Source: Corynebacterium amycolatum
GTDB taxonomy: Bacteria > Actinomycetota > Actinomycetes > Mycobacteriales > Mycobacteriaceae
DNA length: 32,000 nucleotides
Reading direction: 5' to 3' (one strand)
NCBI RefSeq assembly: GCF_049243625.1
Contig: NZ_CP046975.1
The position numbers and the translations under genes are program-made. How positions within the stretch are numbered: the first letter of the stretch is position 1; each line of letters starts with the position of its first letter. The notes below the pieces were generated by a model that was given only the letters and a program-made list of their open reading frames with translations, was not told where the DNA came from and made no database searches. Positions 8,902 through 16,776 of the stretch are shown one piece after another.

Positions 8902-9897
8902 ATGAACAATCAGCCTGAGAACGTGCGTGGAGCCGATGGAATTGGTGCCGGTGCTGGCAATGGTGTGGGCGTCGGAAAAGGTGGCCTAGCTGGGATGAGC
9001 CTGGGTGTGTCCTCCGTGTCGGCGAAGAAGCGCGCAGAGCGTGAGGCAGCGCGGGCGAAGGCATCTGAGTCGGGTGCCGATGGAGCTGACAGCGCTCCCG
9101 CCGCTGCTATCCCGCAGCTTGACCCCAAGGACCCCCTTGCGCCCCTGTGGCAGCTCGACGGCGTTGCACATGCCGCTGATGTCTCGGCCAAGGCCATCCA
9201 GGCCGTCCACCGGCACAAGGCCAACCTGCGCAAGCACAACGTCACCGGCTCCGAGTCGGTCCTTCGTGGCGCTCGGGCATCGGCGTGGCTAGAAGGCGGC
9301 GAGCCATCGCTTCCCGACGACGGCAACATCACCGATCCCGTACTCGCAGCAGCCCTTCGGGTTGCCGACACCATTTCCCCGGAGTCAATTGGTGAGACCA
9401 CCCGCGTGTGGCAGCGCGCTCCGCAGCAGGTGCTGGCCAAGTTTGCGTTGAACGCATCGCCCGCAGGTGAGACTGAAGACGGTTCCGAGGCACGGATGAA
9501 AGCCGGGCGTCCAGTCGGTGACGACAAGCTCTCGTCTGCGATGAAGGAGCAGCGTCTGCACGTGCTCGGTGACTTCATCACTGGCCGCAGCCAGATCCAT
9601 GCTGGTGTGCTCTCGGCGATTGTGCACGGTGAACTGCTGACTCTGCGCCCCTTTGAGTACCACAACGGCATCATCGCCCGCGCCGCCTCGCGGCTGACGA
9701 CTGTCGCAACCGGCCTGGATCCGCGTGGCTTGGCCGTGCCCGAGGTCTACTGGACCCGCCACCGCCAGGAGTATTTCGAGGCCGCAGAGGGATTCGCGTC
9801 GGGAAGCGCCGATGGCCTGCGTGCGTGGATTCTCCTGCATCTGGAGGGACTGAAGGCCGGTGCCGTGGAAGCGCGCGGTATCGCCGAAGCGGTGTAG
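8902..9897 (+). CDS. Conserved hypothetical protein with a degenerate Fic/Fido-like core
   Basis: RPFEYHNGIIARAASR aligns with the Fic motif HPFx[DE]GNGRxxR, but the catalytic His is replaced by Arg. An upstream SAWLEG fits the inhibitory-helix motif [ST]xxxE[GN]. The start is either 8893 (GTG) or 8902 (ATG). Confidence 0.55.
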   Translation: MNNQPENVRGADGIGAGAGNGVGVGKGGLAGMSLGVSSVSAKKRAEREAARAKASESGADGADSAPAAAIPQLDPKDPLAPLWQLDGVAHAADVSAKAIQAVHRHKANLRKHNVTGSESVLRGARASAWLEGGEPSLPDDGNITDPVLAAALRVADTISPESIGETTRVWQRAPQQVLAKFALNASPAGETEDGSEARMKAGRPVGDDKLSSAMKEQRLHVLGDFITGRSQIHAGVLSAIVHGELLTLRPFEYHNGIIARAASRLTTVATGLDPRGLAVPEVYWTRHRQEYFEAAEGFASGSADGLRAWILLHLEGLKAGAVEARGIAEAV

Positions 9898-9921
9898 GCG
9901 GGCCGGCTGCTGGATGGTGGG

Positions 9922-10803
9922 TTAGTCGGCCGTTGGGGCGTCATCATTTTTGCGCAGTGCCAACAGCGTCGCACCCGCGCCAAGCGCCAGTGTGACGCCG
10001 GCAAGAATTGCAGCATTGCGTTTCGACGGCGCGCGAAACAGCGGGACGGGATTCCGGAATTGGCGCACAGGCCACTCACGCTCCGCCGCAATCTTGCGCA
10101 GAGCGCGATCGGGATTGACCACAACGGGATGGCCGACTGCAGCCAGCATGGGCTCATCAGTGATGGAATCCGAGTATGCGAAGCATACGGCCAGGTTGAA
10201 CTGGCGCTTTTCCGCTATCCGACGCATCTGCACAGCCTTGTTTTCGCCTCGGCAGAAGAACTCCGTTTCGCCCGTGAAGAGCCCATCGCGGACCTCCAGC
10301 TCGGTGGCCACCACGTTGTAGACACCGAGTGCCTGCGCAATGGGCTCAACAATCTGCCGAGCCGATGCCGAGATAATGAACACCTGATGCCCCCGTGCGC
10401 GGTGTTCACGAATGAGCTCCAAGGCCTCGGCGTAGATGTACGGCGTGATGTTCTGCTCTAGGGTTTCGATCGCGACCTGGCGCAGTTCTCTGGCGCTGTG
10501 ACCAGCGATAAGGGCGGAAAACTGCTCGCGCGTGGCCTCCATTTGTGCCTCATCGTGTCCCTGTGACATGTACAGGGCGTGACTGAGTGCCATTTGCAGC
10601 ATGTCCGTCGGCGAAATGATGCCGCGCTCGAGGAATTGCTTGTTGAACGCATATGCCGAGCTCTTGGCAATAATGGTTTTATCCAGGTCAAAGAACGCAG
10701 CGACGCGAGAGTTAGCGGTGGCGGGGGCATCTTCCGTGATGCGTGTGTCCGTAGAAACGTGCGGCTGCGGCGTTGTTGAAGCCTTGTTCTCGCCGGTGTT
10801 CAT
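9922..10803 (-). CDS. HAD-IB family hydrolase (SerB-like phosphatase, Rv3661-like) with a C-terminal TM anchor
   Basis: Motif I FFDLDKTII, a later ISAS...GENK...SDSITD arrangement, and a C-terminal AAILAGVTLALGAGATLLAL helix. I prefer ATG 10803. Confidence 0.8.
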   Translation of the reverse strand: MNTGENKASTTPQPHVSTDTRITEDAPATANSRVAAFFDLDKTIIAKSSAYAFNKQFLERGIISPTDMLQMALSHALYMSQGHDEAQMEATREQFSALIAGHSARELRQVAIETLEQNITPYIYAEALELIREHRARGHQVFIISASARQIVEPIAQALGVYNVVATELEVRDGLFTGETEFFCRGENKAVQMRRIAEKRQFNLAVCFAYSDSITDEPMLAAVGHPVVVNPDRALRKIAAEREWPVRQFRNPVPLFRAPSKRNAAILAGVTLALGAGATLLALRKNDDAPTAD

Positions 10804-10949
10804 AGACTCTGAGCTTACCCATGGATGTCGGGCTCGGGGAGACGTGACATCGAACATATTGGGTATTAAATCCTTTAAAAGGTATTTGCAGATTCCTCGG
10901 GATATGTAATACTTGGACGTGGCTGGCCCCTTCTAGTTCTTTTTAGAAA

Positions 10950-11048
10950 CAGACTGCGAGGCCGCCCCGGCTCAATCCCCCCCCCCGAGCCGGTTAAAGA
11001 CGCCTCGCGCCAATCCCCCCCCCGGCGCGGGGCGTCGCCCCTTTTTTG
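10950..11048 (+). ncRNA. 6C small RNA (Rfam 6C family; B11/MTS2822 in M. tuberculosis, cgb_03605 in C. glutamicum)
   Basis: Hairpin 1 (10967-10993): 7-bp stem ccggctc/gagccgg with loop AAUC10. Hairpin 2 (10999-11036): 13-bp stem with loop AAUC9, followed by GCCCC-T6 (11042-11047). It sits between the HAD hydrolase and ssd, as in other actinobacteria. The 5' end is only estimated. Confidence 0.75.
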
Positions 11049-11079
11049 GCCCAATGTTGAGGGGCATGTAGTAAAAGTG

Positions 11080-11125
11080 CGGGCTGCAAATGTGAAACTG
11101 TGCGAGTTTATGACACTTTCAGGCC
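11080..11125. repeat. 46-bp repeat, copy A (inverted relative to 25491-25536)
   Basis: The reverse complement of cgggctgcaaatgtgaaactgtgcgagtttatgacactttcaggcc matches 25491-25536 except for a 2-nt swap (about 44/46). Confidence 0.85.
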
Positions 11126-11139
11126 GGTAGGTTCAGGCG

Positions 11140-11586
11140 GTGAATGCATCACCTGCATTCGCCGTACAGCTCAACGGCCTTGAAGAAGGCGAAGTTAGCG
11201 GCGGACCTGCTACTGTGCCCGATGAATATGTCTATGATCACCAAGGGGATCATATGCAGCCTGGAGATGATGCAAAACTGTACAAGGGGCGACATGACTG
11301 GTGTACCTCATCTCCTGACCAACCTGGTGTGGATTTCAGAGGCCCCTGCGCCCGCCACGACATGTGCTATGACGCTAATCCAAATGCCGTACCTACCGTA
11401 AAAAGTGAGGGCAAAATGAACCGTGACGAGGAGTTTCGTAGCAACTTGTATGCCAACTGCAACGAGAAGTACGCTACCGATCCTGACTCCGCGCTCGATT
11501 GTCGACGTACTGCGGATGGATACGTCTTTGCCGTTGAACAAAACGGTGGAAAGAGCGGAGACCCCAAGCCGCCAATCTTTAACTAA
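11140..11586 (+). CDS. Prokaryotic secreted-phospholipase-A2-like protein (PF09056-type), possibly 5'-truncated
   Basis: HDWCTSSPDQPGVDFRGPCARHDMCYD matches the DW..C....PD...F...CARHDxxY catalytic core of Streptomyces PLA2, with later conserved Cys (ANC, LDC). GTG start. The N-terminus MNASPAFA has no hydrophobic core, and an in-frame stop lies at 11128. Confidence 0.7.
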   Translation: MNASPAFAVQLNGLEEGEVSGGPATVPDEYVYDHQGDHMQPGDDAKLYKGRHDWCTSSPDQPGVDFRGPCARHDMCYDANPNAVPTVKSEGKMNRDEEFRSNLYANCNEKYATDPDSALDCRRTADGYVFAVEQNGGKSGDPKPPIFN

Positions 11587-11595
11587 GGCTTAAGT

Positions 11596-11988
11596 ATGGA
11601 GCATTCGAATAAAAAACTCATATACCAAGTCGGTTACCCATTTGCACTGCTCGGATCTGCTGCCTGCGTTGCGCTAATTCCATCTCCAGAACGGGGCACC
11701 GGAATCATACTCGCTTACGCTTTAGCGTTAGCTATTCAAGTGGTGTGGCTGCTTTTGTTCTTCTCCGACCGGTCAGGGGGAAGGACGTTGTACACAAAAT
11801 TCGCTGTAGCTGTTAACGTCTTAGCCTTGATTTTGGCCGCCATTGCTATAGTTGCCTATTCGATTAATGGTGAAGTCTTTGGAATTAACTTAGACTTGGC
11901 TTTCGGTCCTCCGGTAGCCGCTTTTATTGCTGTCGTTTTGCTACTCCTGTTGGTAATTGGAGCAGTAACCAGAGTTTTTCGAAAGTAG
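11596..11988 (+). CDS. Small four-TM membrane protein (hypothetical; candidate partner of the PLA2-like gene)
   Basis: 130 aa with four hydrophobic helices. It starts 9 nt after the PLA2-like stop, with AAGG upstream of its ATG, and shares the same lower-GC composition. Confidence 0.6.
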   Translation: MEHSNKKLIYQVGYPFALLGSAACVALIPSPERGTGIILAYALALAIQVVWLLLFFSDRSGGRTLYTKFAVAVNVLALILAAIAIVAYSINGEVFGINLDLAFGPPVAAFIAVVLLLLLVIGAVTRVFRK

Positions 11989-12011
11989 TTTATTCTTCTA
12001 GCCCCCCTCTC

Positions 12012-12044
12012 AACCCCGCATGAATCTCTCATGTGGGGTTTTCC
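12012..12044 (+). terminator. Intrinsic terminator closing the PLA2-like/4-TM cassette
   Basis: 12-bp stem aaccccgcatga / tcatgtggggtt (one G-U pair), 5-nt loop, running into TTTT. Confidence 0.65.
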
Positions 12045-12094
12045 GGGTTAATAGGCAAAAAGTGTGTCCGCTCGGCGTGTCGCTGGGGCCCTTT

Positions 12095-13094
12095 TTATTG
12101 CATCGGTCCTTTCCGGATTCCTATGTTGTGTTGGTATTCGGTTGGGATAGCGTTGTCGTAGAAGGCTGGTCGTCCTGTTTCTTGGTCGGCTGTGTTGTGG
12201 TCTTCTGGGACAAGGTCTGGAATTTTGGCGAGTTGATCTTGTCCGTAATTGCACTGCCTGGCGATCTTTAATGGGGCGTCAGGCAGTTGCGTTTTCGAGT
12301 GCAGGTACCATTCGAGCATTCTGCGTTGGCTTTCCCGGATCTGCCCCGGTGGGCATCAGCGATGCGTTTGAGCCCGGCGTTGATGCCGCCTTCCAGACTG
12401 TTTGTTGTTGATGTCCAGCGCTTTGGTTCGAGTGCTTCTGGTGGGGGTTGGAGGTAGGTAAACAGCCAGTTGTTGCGTGATAGGTGTAGCAGTGAGTGGT
12501 ATGCCTTACGGACTCGCAGGTGGGGCCATTCCCACTGTTTATTGAGTGTGCGATGTTGTTTTGGCAGCGGTGTTTTTTCGTTGAGGAACCGTTTGTAGAC
12601 CACTCCGAAGTCGTGCAGGCGTAGTGTCCAGTCGCGTGCTTGGTCCAAGGTGGTGATCTTAGTCAGTTTCAAAGCCAGGGCGTAGATGGCTTTGCCGGCG
12701 TCGGTGTAGGTGCCGTCGATGAAGATTTGGTCGTAGATGCGGTTGGGGTCTGGGGTATTGGGCACATCGATAAGCCACAACGAGGTGAACCGGCGGTCGA
12801 GCGTGCGCCGGGAGACGTTCAAGGTGTTGGCCACGTCGGTTAAAGAAGCAGTGCCGGTGACGTAGGCGTGAAACGCTTTGAAATCCCGGGTGTGGGTCTG
12901 ATCGGGGCGGTGGCGTGTGGTGGAGGTTCCGCAGTCAGGGTTTTACACCGCCACCTGGTTGTCCTTTTGGTTGTGGTGCCGTTTTCCTTCATTTGCCCAG
13001 CGCATACGGGGCATCGGGGTCTGTTATGAGTCACCCGGAAAGACAACCAAGACCCTGCTACCACATGCAGGAGCCATTCCGGTGGATTGAACAA
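12095..13094 (-). pseudogene. IS1249-like/IS1-type zinc-finger transposase, at least two frameshifts and probably an internal deletion
   Basis: Three consecutive minus-strand ORF pieces in different frames. 12840-13094 carries RCPVCAGQMKENGTTTKRTTRWRCK. 12268-12834 carries TNSLEGGINAGLKRIADAHRG. 12095-12319 is a C-terminal tail. The family call rests on these motifs only. Confidence 0.6.
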
Positions 13095-13140
13095 GAAACG
13101 GGCTTGAATAAGGTCTAGATGTACTGACCGGGGACGTTGG
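13091..13140. repeat. Inverted repeat of the IS481-family unit (transposase-distal end, overlaps the tnp stop)
   Basis: acaagaaacgggcttgaataaggtctagatgtactgaccggggac aligns with the reverse complement of 16731-16776 with four mismatches plus one 1-nt indel over the first 35 aligned columns, and similarity continues for about 15 more nt. It contains the final codons ..TAC ATC TAG of the transposase. Confidence 0.8.
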
Positions 13141-14101
13141 TCAATCGTGAGAAGGGTGGCTGGTTCTCGCAGGCTGTGTGGGGGCGGTGGTGGTTGTAGT
13201 AGTGAAGCCAGCCGTCGAGCTCACCGCGGCGCTCGGCCTCGGAGGTGTAGCAGCGGGCGTAGGCCCAGCCGTCGGCCAGGGTGCGGTGGAAGCGTTCGAT
13301 CTTCCCGTTGGTCTGCGGCCGATAGGGCCTGGTGCGCTTGTGCCGGATGCCGAGCTCGTGGCAGGTGTCTCGCCACAGGTGCGAGCGGTACGCGCCGCCG
13401 TTGTCGGACAGGACCCGCTCAACGGTCACCCCGCGTGCGTTGAACCACTCGACGGCCCGAACGAGGACCGCGGTGGCGGTGAGGGCGGTTTCGTCGTCGT
13501 GGATCTCGGCGTAGGCGACGCGGGAATGGTCGTCGATGACGGTGTGGACGTAGGCCTTGCCCATCAACGGGTCGCTGTACTTGTTCTTGGGCTTGCCCGG
13601 GGTGGCGGCGCGGTTCTTCTCGCCCTGCTGCCGGCCGACGTAGCGCCAGCCGCCGCCGTCGGGGATGTTGCCGAGCTTCTTCACGTCGACGTGCAGCATC
13701 GCCCCGGGGTGGTCGTGCTCGTAGCGGCGGACCAGCTCTCCGGTTGCCCGGTCGACATGCGAAAGCCGGTTCAGGTGCGCGTCGACGAGGATCCGGTGAA
13801 CCGTCGACGGAGCGATCCCCAGCCGGCAAGCGAGCTGCACGGGTCCTTCTCGAAGACGGAGACGGAGCTGGATGCAGCGCTTCGTCGTCTTCGCGTTGGT
13901 CTTGTTCGGCGAGTGATGCGGCCGTGACGAGCGGTCCTGCATCGACTGGCCGGCGCGATAGCGGTCGGCCCAGCGCTTCACAGTGGGCCAGGAAACCTGG
14001 AACCGGGCGGCGACCTCGCTGATCGGCCAGCCCTGGTCGACCACGAGCTGGCCGACGATCAAGCGGTGGCGCGGGGTCAGTGCTGCGTTGGCGTGGAGCA
14101 A
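13115..14101 (-). CDS. IS481-family DDE transposase
   Basis: 328 aa. N-terminal HTH (WPISEVAARFQVSWPTVKRW), then an rve-type core: HVDVKKL, VLSDNGGAY, RPYRPQTNGKIERFHRTL. Confidence 0.92.
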   Translation of the reverse strand: MLHANAALTPRHRLIVGQLVVDQGWPISEVAARFQVSWPTVKRWADRYRAGQSMQDRSSRPHHSPNKTNAKTTKRCIQLRLRLREGPVQLACRLGIAPSTVHRILVDAHLNRLSHVDRATGELVRRYEHDHPGAMLHVDVKKLGNIPDGGGWRYVGRQQGEKNRAATPGKPKNKYSDPLMGKAYVHTVIDDHSRVAYAEIHDDETALTATAVLVRAVEWFNARGVTVERVLSDNGGAYRSHLWRDTCHELGIRHKRTRPYRPQTNGKIERFHRTLADGWAYARCYTSEAERRGELDGWLHYYNHHRPHTACENQPPFSRLTNVPGQYI

Positions 14102-14187
14102 GAGCGTCCCCTTGGAATAGACGGAGGGGGCCGATAGCTCGACCCCCTCACGGTTGTTAGCGTGGATTCCTCTGTGGACCGCTGGCC

Positions 14188-14841
14188 CTAGGCCAGACCC
14201 TTTGCCAGCTCGATGGCGGTGAAGTGATGTACGGCGCTGGGCTGCTCGAGCTCGTCGAGCACCGCTAGGGCCAGGTCCGCAGGGGTGATCCGCGACGTGC
14301 CATCGTGGTTGATGAGGAGCGTGTCACCGCTACGGCGATAGGCGCCGGTTCCCTGTCCGGGCTCGAAGACTGCCGACGGACTCAGGTAGATCCAGTTCTG
14401 GTTCGGATGTTCGGTACACGCGTTGAACTGGTCGAGGCTGGCCGACGCGACGTCACGCCACTGGGTCGGCACGAAGGCGGGGTCGTCCAGGACGAGCATC
14501 TCTCGATCGTGAGGTGAGCGCAAGGGCGCTGCTCCTCCCACGACCAAGACCCGGACCCCCGCGACGGCGGCGTGGTCGAGGACACGGCTGGTCAGCGGAG
14601 CCACACGGCTTTCGTCGCCGGGGGCCATGCGCACGGCGAGCACGACGGCGTCTGCGTCGTTCAGGACGGGCTGCAGGGGTGCCTCGAGGTCTGTCAGATC
14701 GAGACGAGTGACGGTGGTATGCGGGTCGTTGGTCTCCTGTGGGTTCCGCGATACGGCAGTGACGTGGTGGCCGCGGCGTGTGGCCTCCTGCGCGATCGCT
14801 GCGCCGGCCATGCCGGTGGCTCCGAGAACCGTGATGTTCAT
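14188..14841 (-). CDS. NAD(P)H-binding (NmrA/atypical SDR-like) protein
   Basis: MNITVLGATGMAGAAI Rossmann motif, 217 aa. Its ATG overlaps the EamA stop (ATGA), which suggests a two-gene operon. Confidence 0.75.
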   Translation of the reverse strand: MNITVLGATGMAGAAIAQEATRRGHHVTAVSRNPQETNDPHTTVTRLDLTDLEAPLQPVLNDADAVVLAVRMAPGDESRVAPLTSRVLDHAAVAGVRVLVVGGAAPLRSPHDREMLVLDDPAFVPTQWRDVASASLDQFNACTEHPNQNWIYLSPSAVFEPGQGTGAYRRSGDTLLINHDGTSRITPADLALAVLDELEQPSAVHHFTAIELAKGLA

Positions 14842-15737
14842 GAATTGTCCTTTCGACGATGGGTGGGTGCGGGGAGCTGGCCACAGACCATGGCGGCCAG
14901 GGCGATCGCGAAGCCGAGGTACTGCTCGGCTCCGAGGTGTTCGTGCGCGATCAGGACGCCGAGCAGGGCGGCGACCAACGGCGAGAGAAGTCCCAGGAGG
15001 GCTGTGGACGTGACGGGCAGGCGTCGGATGCCGGTGAACCAGAGGCTGTAAGAGACCAGTGCCCCGACCAGGCCGAGCCAGGCGTACCCAAGCCAGCCAC
15101 GACCGGAAATCACTGCCGGTGGCCCCTCCACCAGCAACGCCGGGATCGCCAGCAGAAGGCCGGCGGCCGTCAGCTGCCACCCGGCCAATGCGATGGGCGA
15201 GACACCTTGGGGGAGCTTCCACTTCTTGGTCAGGACCACGCCCGTGGCCATGGCCCCTGTGCCACCGAGTCCTGCAGCCACACCCACCGGGTCCAGGGCG
15301 GCGCTCGGCCCAAGGACCACGAGAGCCACCCCCACGACACCCAGGACACCCCACCCCAGGCGCCAGCCGGAGAGTTGCTCGTGGAGGACAGCCACGGCCA
15401 GCAGGACAACGATGATGGGCTGCACCGCACCCAGCGTGGCCGCGACTCCGCCCGGAAGACGCTGCGCCGACAAGAACAGCAGGGGGAAGAACGCGGCCAT
15501 GTTCAGACCACCCAACACGAAGCTCTTCCACCACCACGAGCCGCGCGGCAGCTGCCTCGACAGGCCCACCGCGATGATCCCTGCCGGCAGCGTCCTCATG
15601 AACGCGGCGAACAAGGGGTGTCCGGCTGGGAGGAGGTGGGTGGTCACGATGTACGTTGTCCCCCACGTAGCGGGGGCCAGCGCCGTCAGACAGGTCCACA
15701 GCAACGAACTGCGGGCCCCATGGGAAGAAGTATTCAC
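14838..15737 (-). CDS. EamA-family (DMT superfamily) transporter
   Basis: About 10 TM helices with the typical duplicated EamA layout. The start is uncertain: GTG 15737 is favoured because ATG 15788 would leave only 7 bp to the divergent lysR gene. Confidence 0.75.
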   Translation of the reverse strand: MNTSSHGARSSLLWTCLTALAPATWGTTYIVTTHLLPAGHPLFAAFMRTLPAGIIAVGLSRQLPRGSWWWKSFVLGGLNMAAFFPLLFLSAQRLPGGVAATLGAVQPIIVVLLAVAVLHEQLSGWRLGWGVLGVVGVALVVLGPSAALDPVGVAAGLGGTGAMATGVVLTKKWKLPQGVSPIALAGWQLTAAGLLLAIPALLVEGPPAVISGRGWLGYAWLGLVGALVSYSLWFTGIRRLPVTSTALLGLLSPLVAALLGVLIAHEHLGAEQYLGFAIALAAMVCGQLPAPTHRRKDNS

Positions 15738-15777
15738 CAATCCATTGTCAGTCGCCCACCAGCGGTGAGTCCAACAC

Positions 15778-15797
15778 ATTGTTCTCATCCAAACAAT
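15778..15797. promoter_or_regulatory. Candidate LysR-type operator (ATTGTT-N8-AACAAT, satisfies T-N11-A)
   Basis: A perfect 6-bp inverted repeat in the divergent lysR/eamA spacer, overlapping the lysR ATG. Confidence 0.3.
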
Positions 15798-16710
15798 GAC
15801 CTACAATCATGGTTTAGTGGAACTCCAACAGCTCAGGTACGTCGTGGCGATCGCCGAGGAGCGCAACTTCACGCGAGCAGCAGAACAATGCTTCGTCGTG
15901 CAATCAGCACTGAGCCACCAGATCAAGGCCCTCGAACAGGAACTCGGCATGGCACTGTTCGTGCGCTCATCCCGTCGGGTAGAGCTGACCGCCGCCGGCG
16001 AAGCCTTCCTCACGGAAGCACGCGCCAGCCTCGCAGCCGCCGACCGTGCCGTGGCGGTCGCTGCCGAGGCCGTGGGCCAGGTCCGCGGAAGCCTATCGGT
16101 AGGTGTCATCCCGACGGTCACAGCCGTCAGCGTGCCCGACATCATCGCGGCCTTCCACGCCAGCCATCCCCACGTGGACCTCACCGTGCGGGGCGGGGGA
16201 AGCAATGAGTTCATGCGCGACCTCGACAGCGGGAGACTCGACGTGGCCTTTCTCGGCGTGGACGCCGACGTCGCCCCAGCGTCCGGACTCACCGCGCACG
16301 AGATCGCCCGAGGGCGTCTCGTCGCCGTCATGGCGTCACAACACCGGCTAGCGCACACGGGCACCCTGGCCCTGGCTGACTTGGTCGACGAGACGTTCAT
16401 CGACTTCCCGGCCGGGTCACCAGGCAGACTCCAAGGCGATCGGGCATTCGCTGCCGCAGGCCTTCAGCGCCGCGTGGGCTTCGAGGCGATGTCGACCGAG
16501 TTCATGCTCGCCCTCGTCGAACGTGGGTTGGGCGTCTGCCTGCTGCCCGTCGAATGTGTGCCGGCTAACCCAGCGCTGCGAGCAGTTCCCGTGGCCGATG
16601 GCCCCTGCCGAGCCGAGTACGTCGCGTGGGGCTCTTTCAATCCGAGCCCCGCGTCTCGGGCGTTCATCGAACAGGTCAAGGAATCAATCGCCCTGCACAT
16701 GGTCGGCTGA
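15796..16710 (+). CDS. LysR-family transcriptional regulator
   Basis: N-terminal wHTH (LRYVVAIAEERNFTRAAEQCFVVQSALSHQIKALEQELG) and a C-terminal substrate-binding domain. Divergent from the EamA operon. Confidence 0.9.
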   Translation: MTYNHGLVELQQLRYVVAIAEERNFTRAAEQCFVVQSALSHQIKALEQELGMALFVRSSRRVELTAAGEAFLTEARASLAAADRAVAVAAEAVGQVRGSLSVGVIPTVTAVSVPDIIAAFHASHPHVDLTVRGGGSNEFMRDLDSGRLDVAFLGVDADVAPASGLTAHEIARGRLVAVMASQHRLAHTGTLALADLVDETFIDFPAGSPGRLQGDRAFAAAGLQRRVGFEAMSTEFMLALVERGLGVCLLPVECVPANPALRAVPVADGPCRAEYVAWGSFNPSPASRAFIEQVKESIALHMVG

Positions 16711-16725
16711 TGCCGGTCCCATCGA

Positions 16726-16776
16726 TCAACGTCTCCGGTCCGTACATCTAGAACCCTATTCAAGCCCGTTTTATGT
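16726..16776. repeat. Inverted repeat of the IS481-family unit (cargo-side end)
   Basis: Partner of 13091-13140. It starts 16 nt after the lysR stop and ends ...cccgttttatgt. Confidence 0.8.

Larger units (their letters stand above)
13091..16776 (-). mobile_element. IS481-family element carrying three passenger genes (transporter-IS-like unit, ~3.7 kb)
   Basis: ~50-bp imperfect inverted repeats at both ends. GC content is visibly much higher than in the flanks. One transposase plus a LysR/EamA/NAD(P)H-binding cargo lie between the repeats. Confidence 0.7.

Noticed and set aside
13141-16400. Many long ORFs on both strands inside the GC-rich unit, for example 14859-16208 (+, 449 aa), 13178-13927 (+), 14188-15699 (- N-terminal extension), 15807-16400 (-) and 13419-13829 (-).
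   Set aside because: They overlap, in other frames or antisense, the clearly recognisable transposase, NmrA-like, EamA and LysR genes. Their Arg/Pro/Gly-rich low-complexity translations are typical of stop-codon scarcity in about 70% GC DNA.
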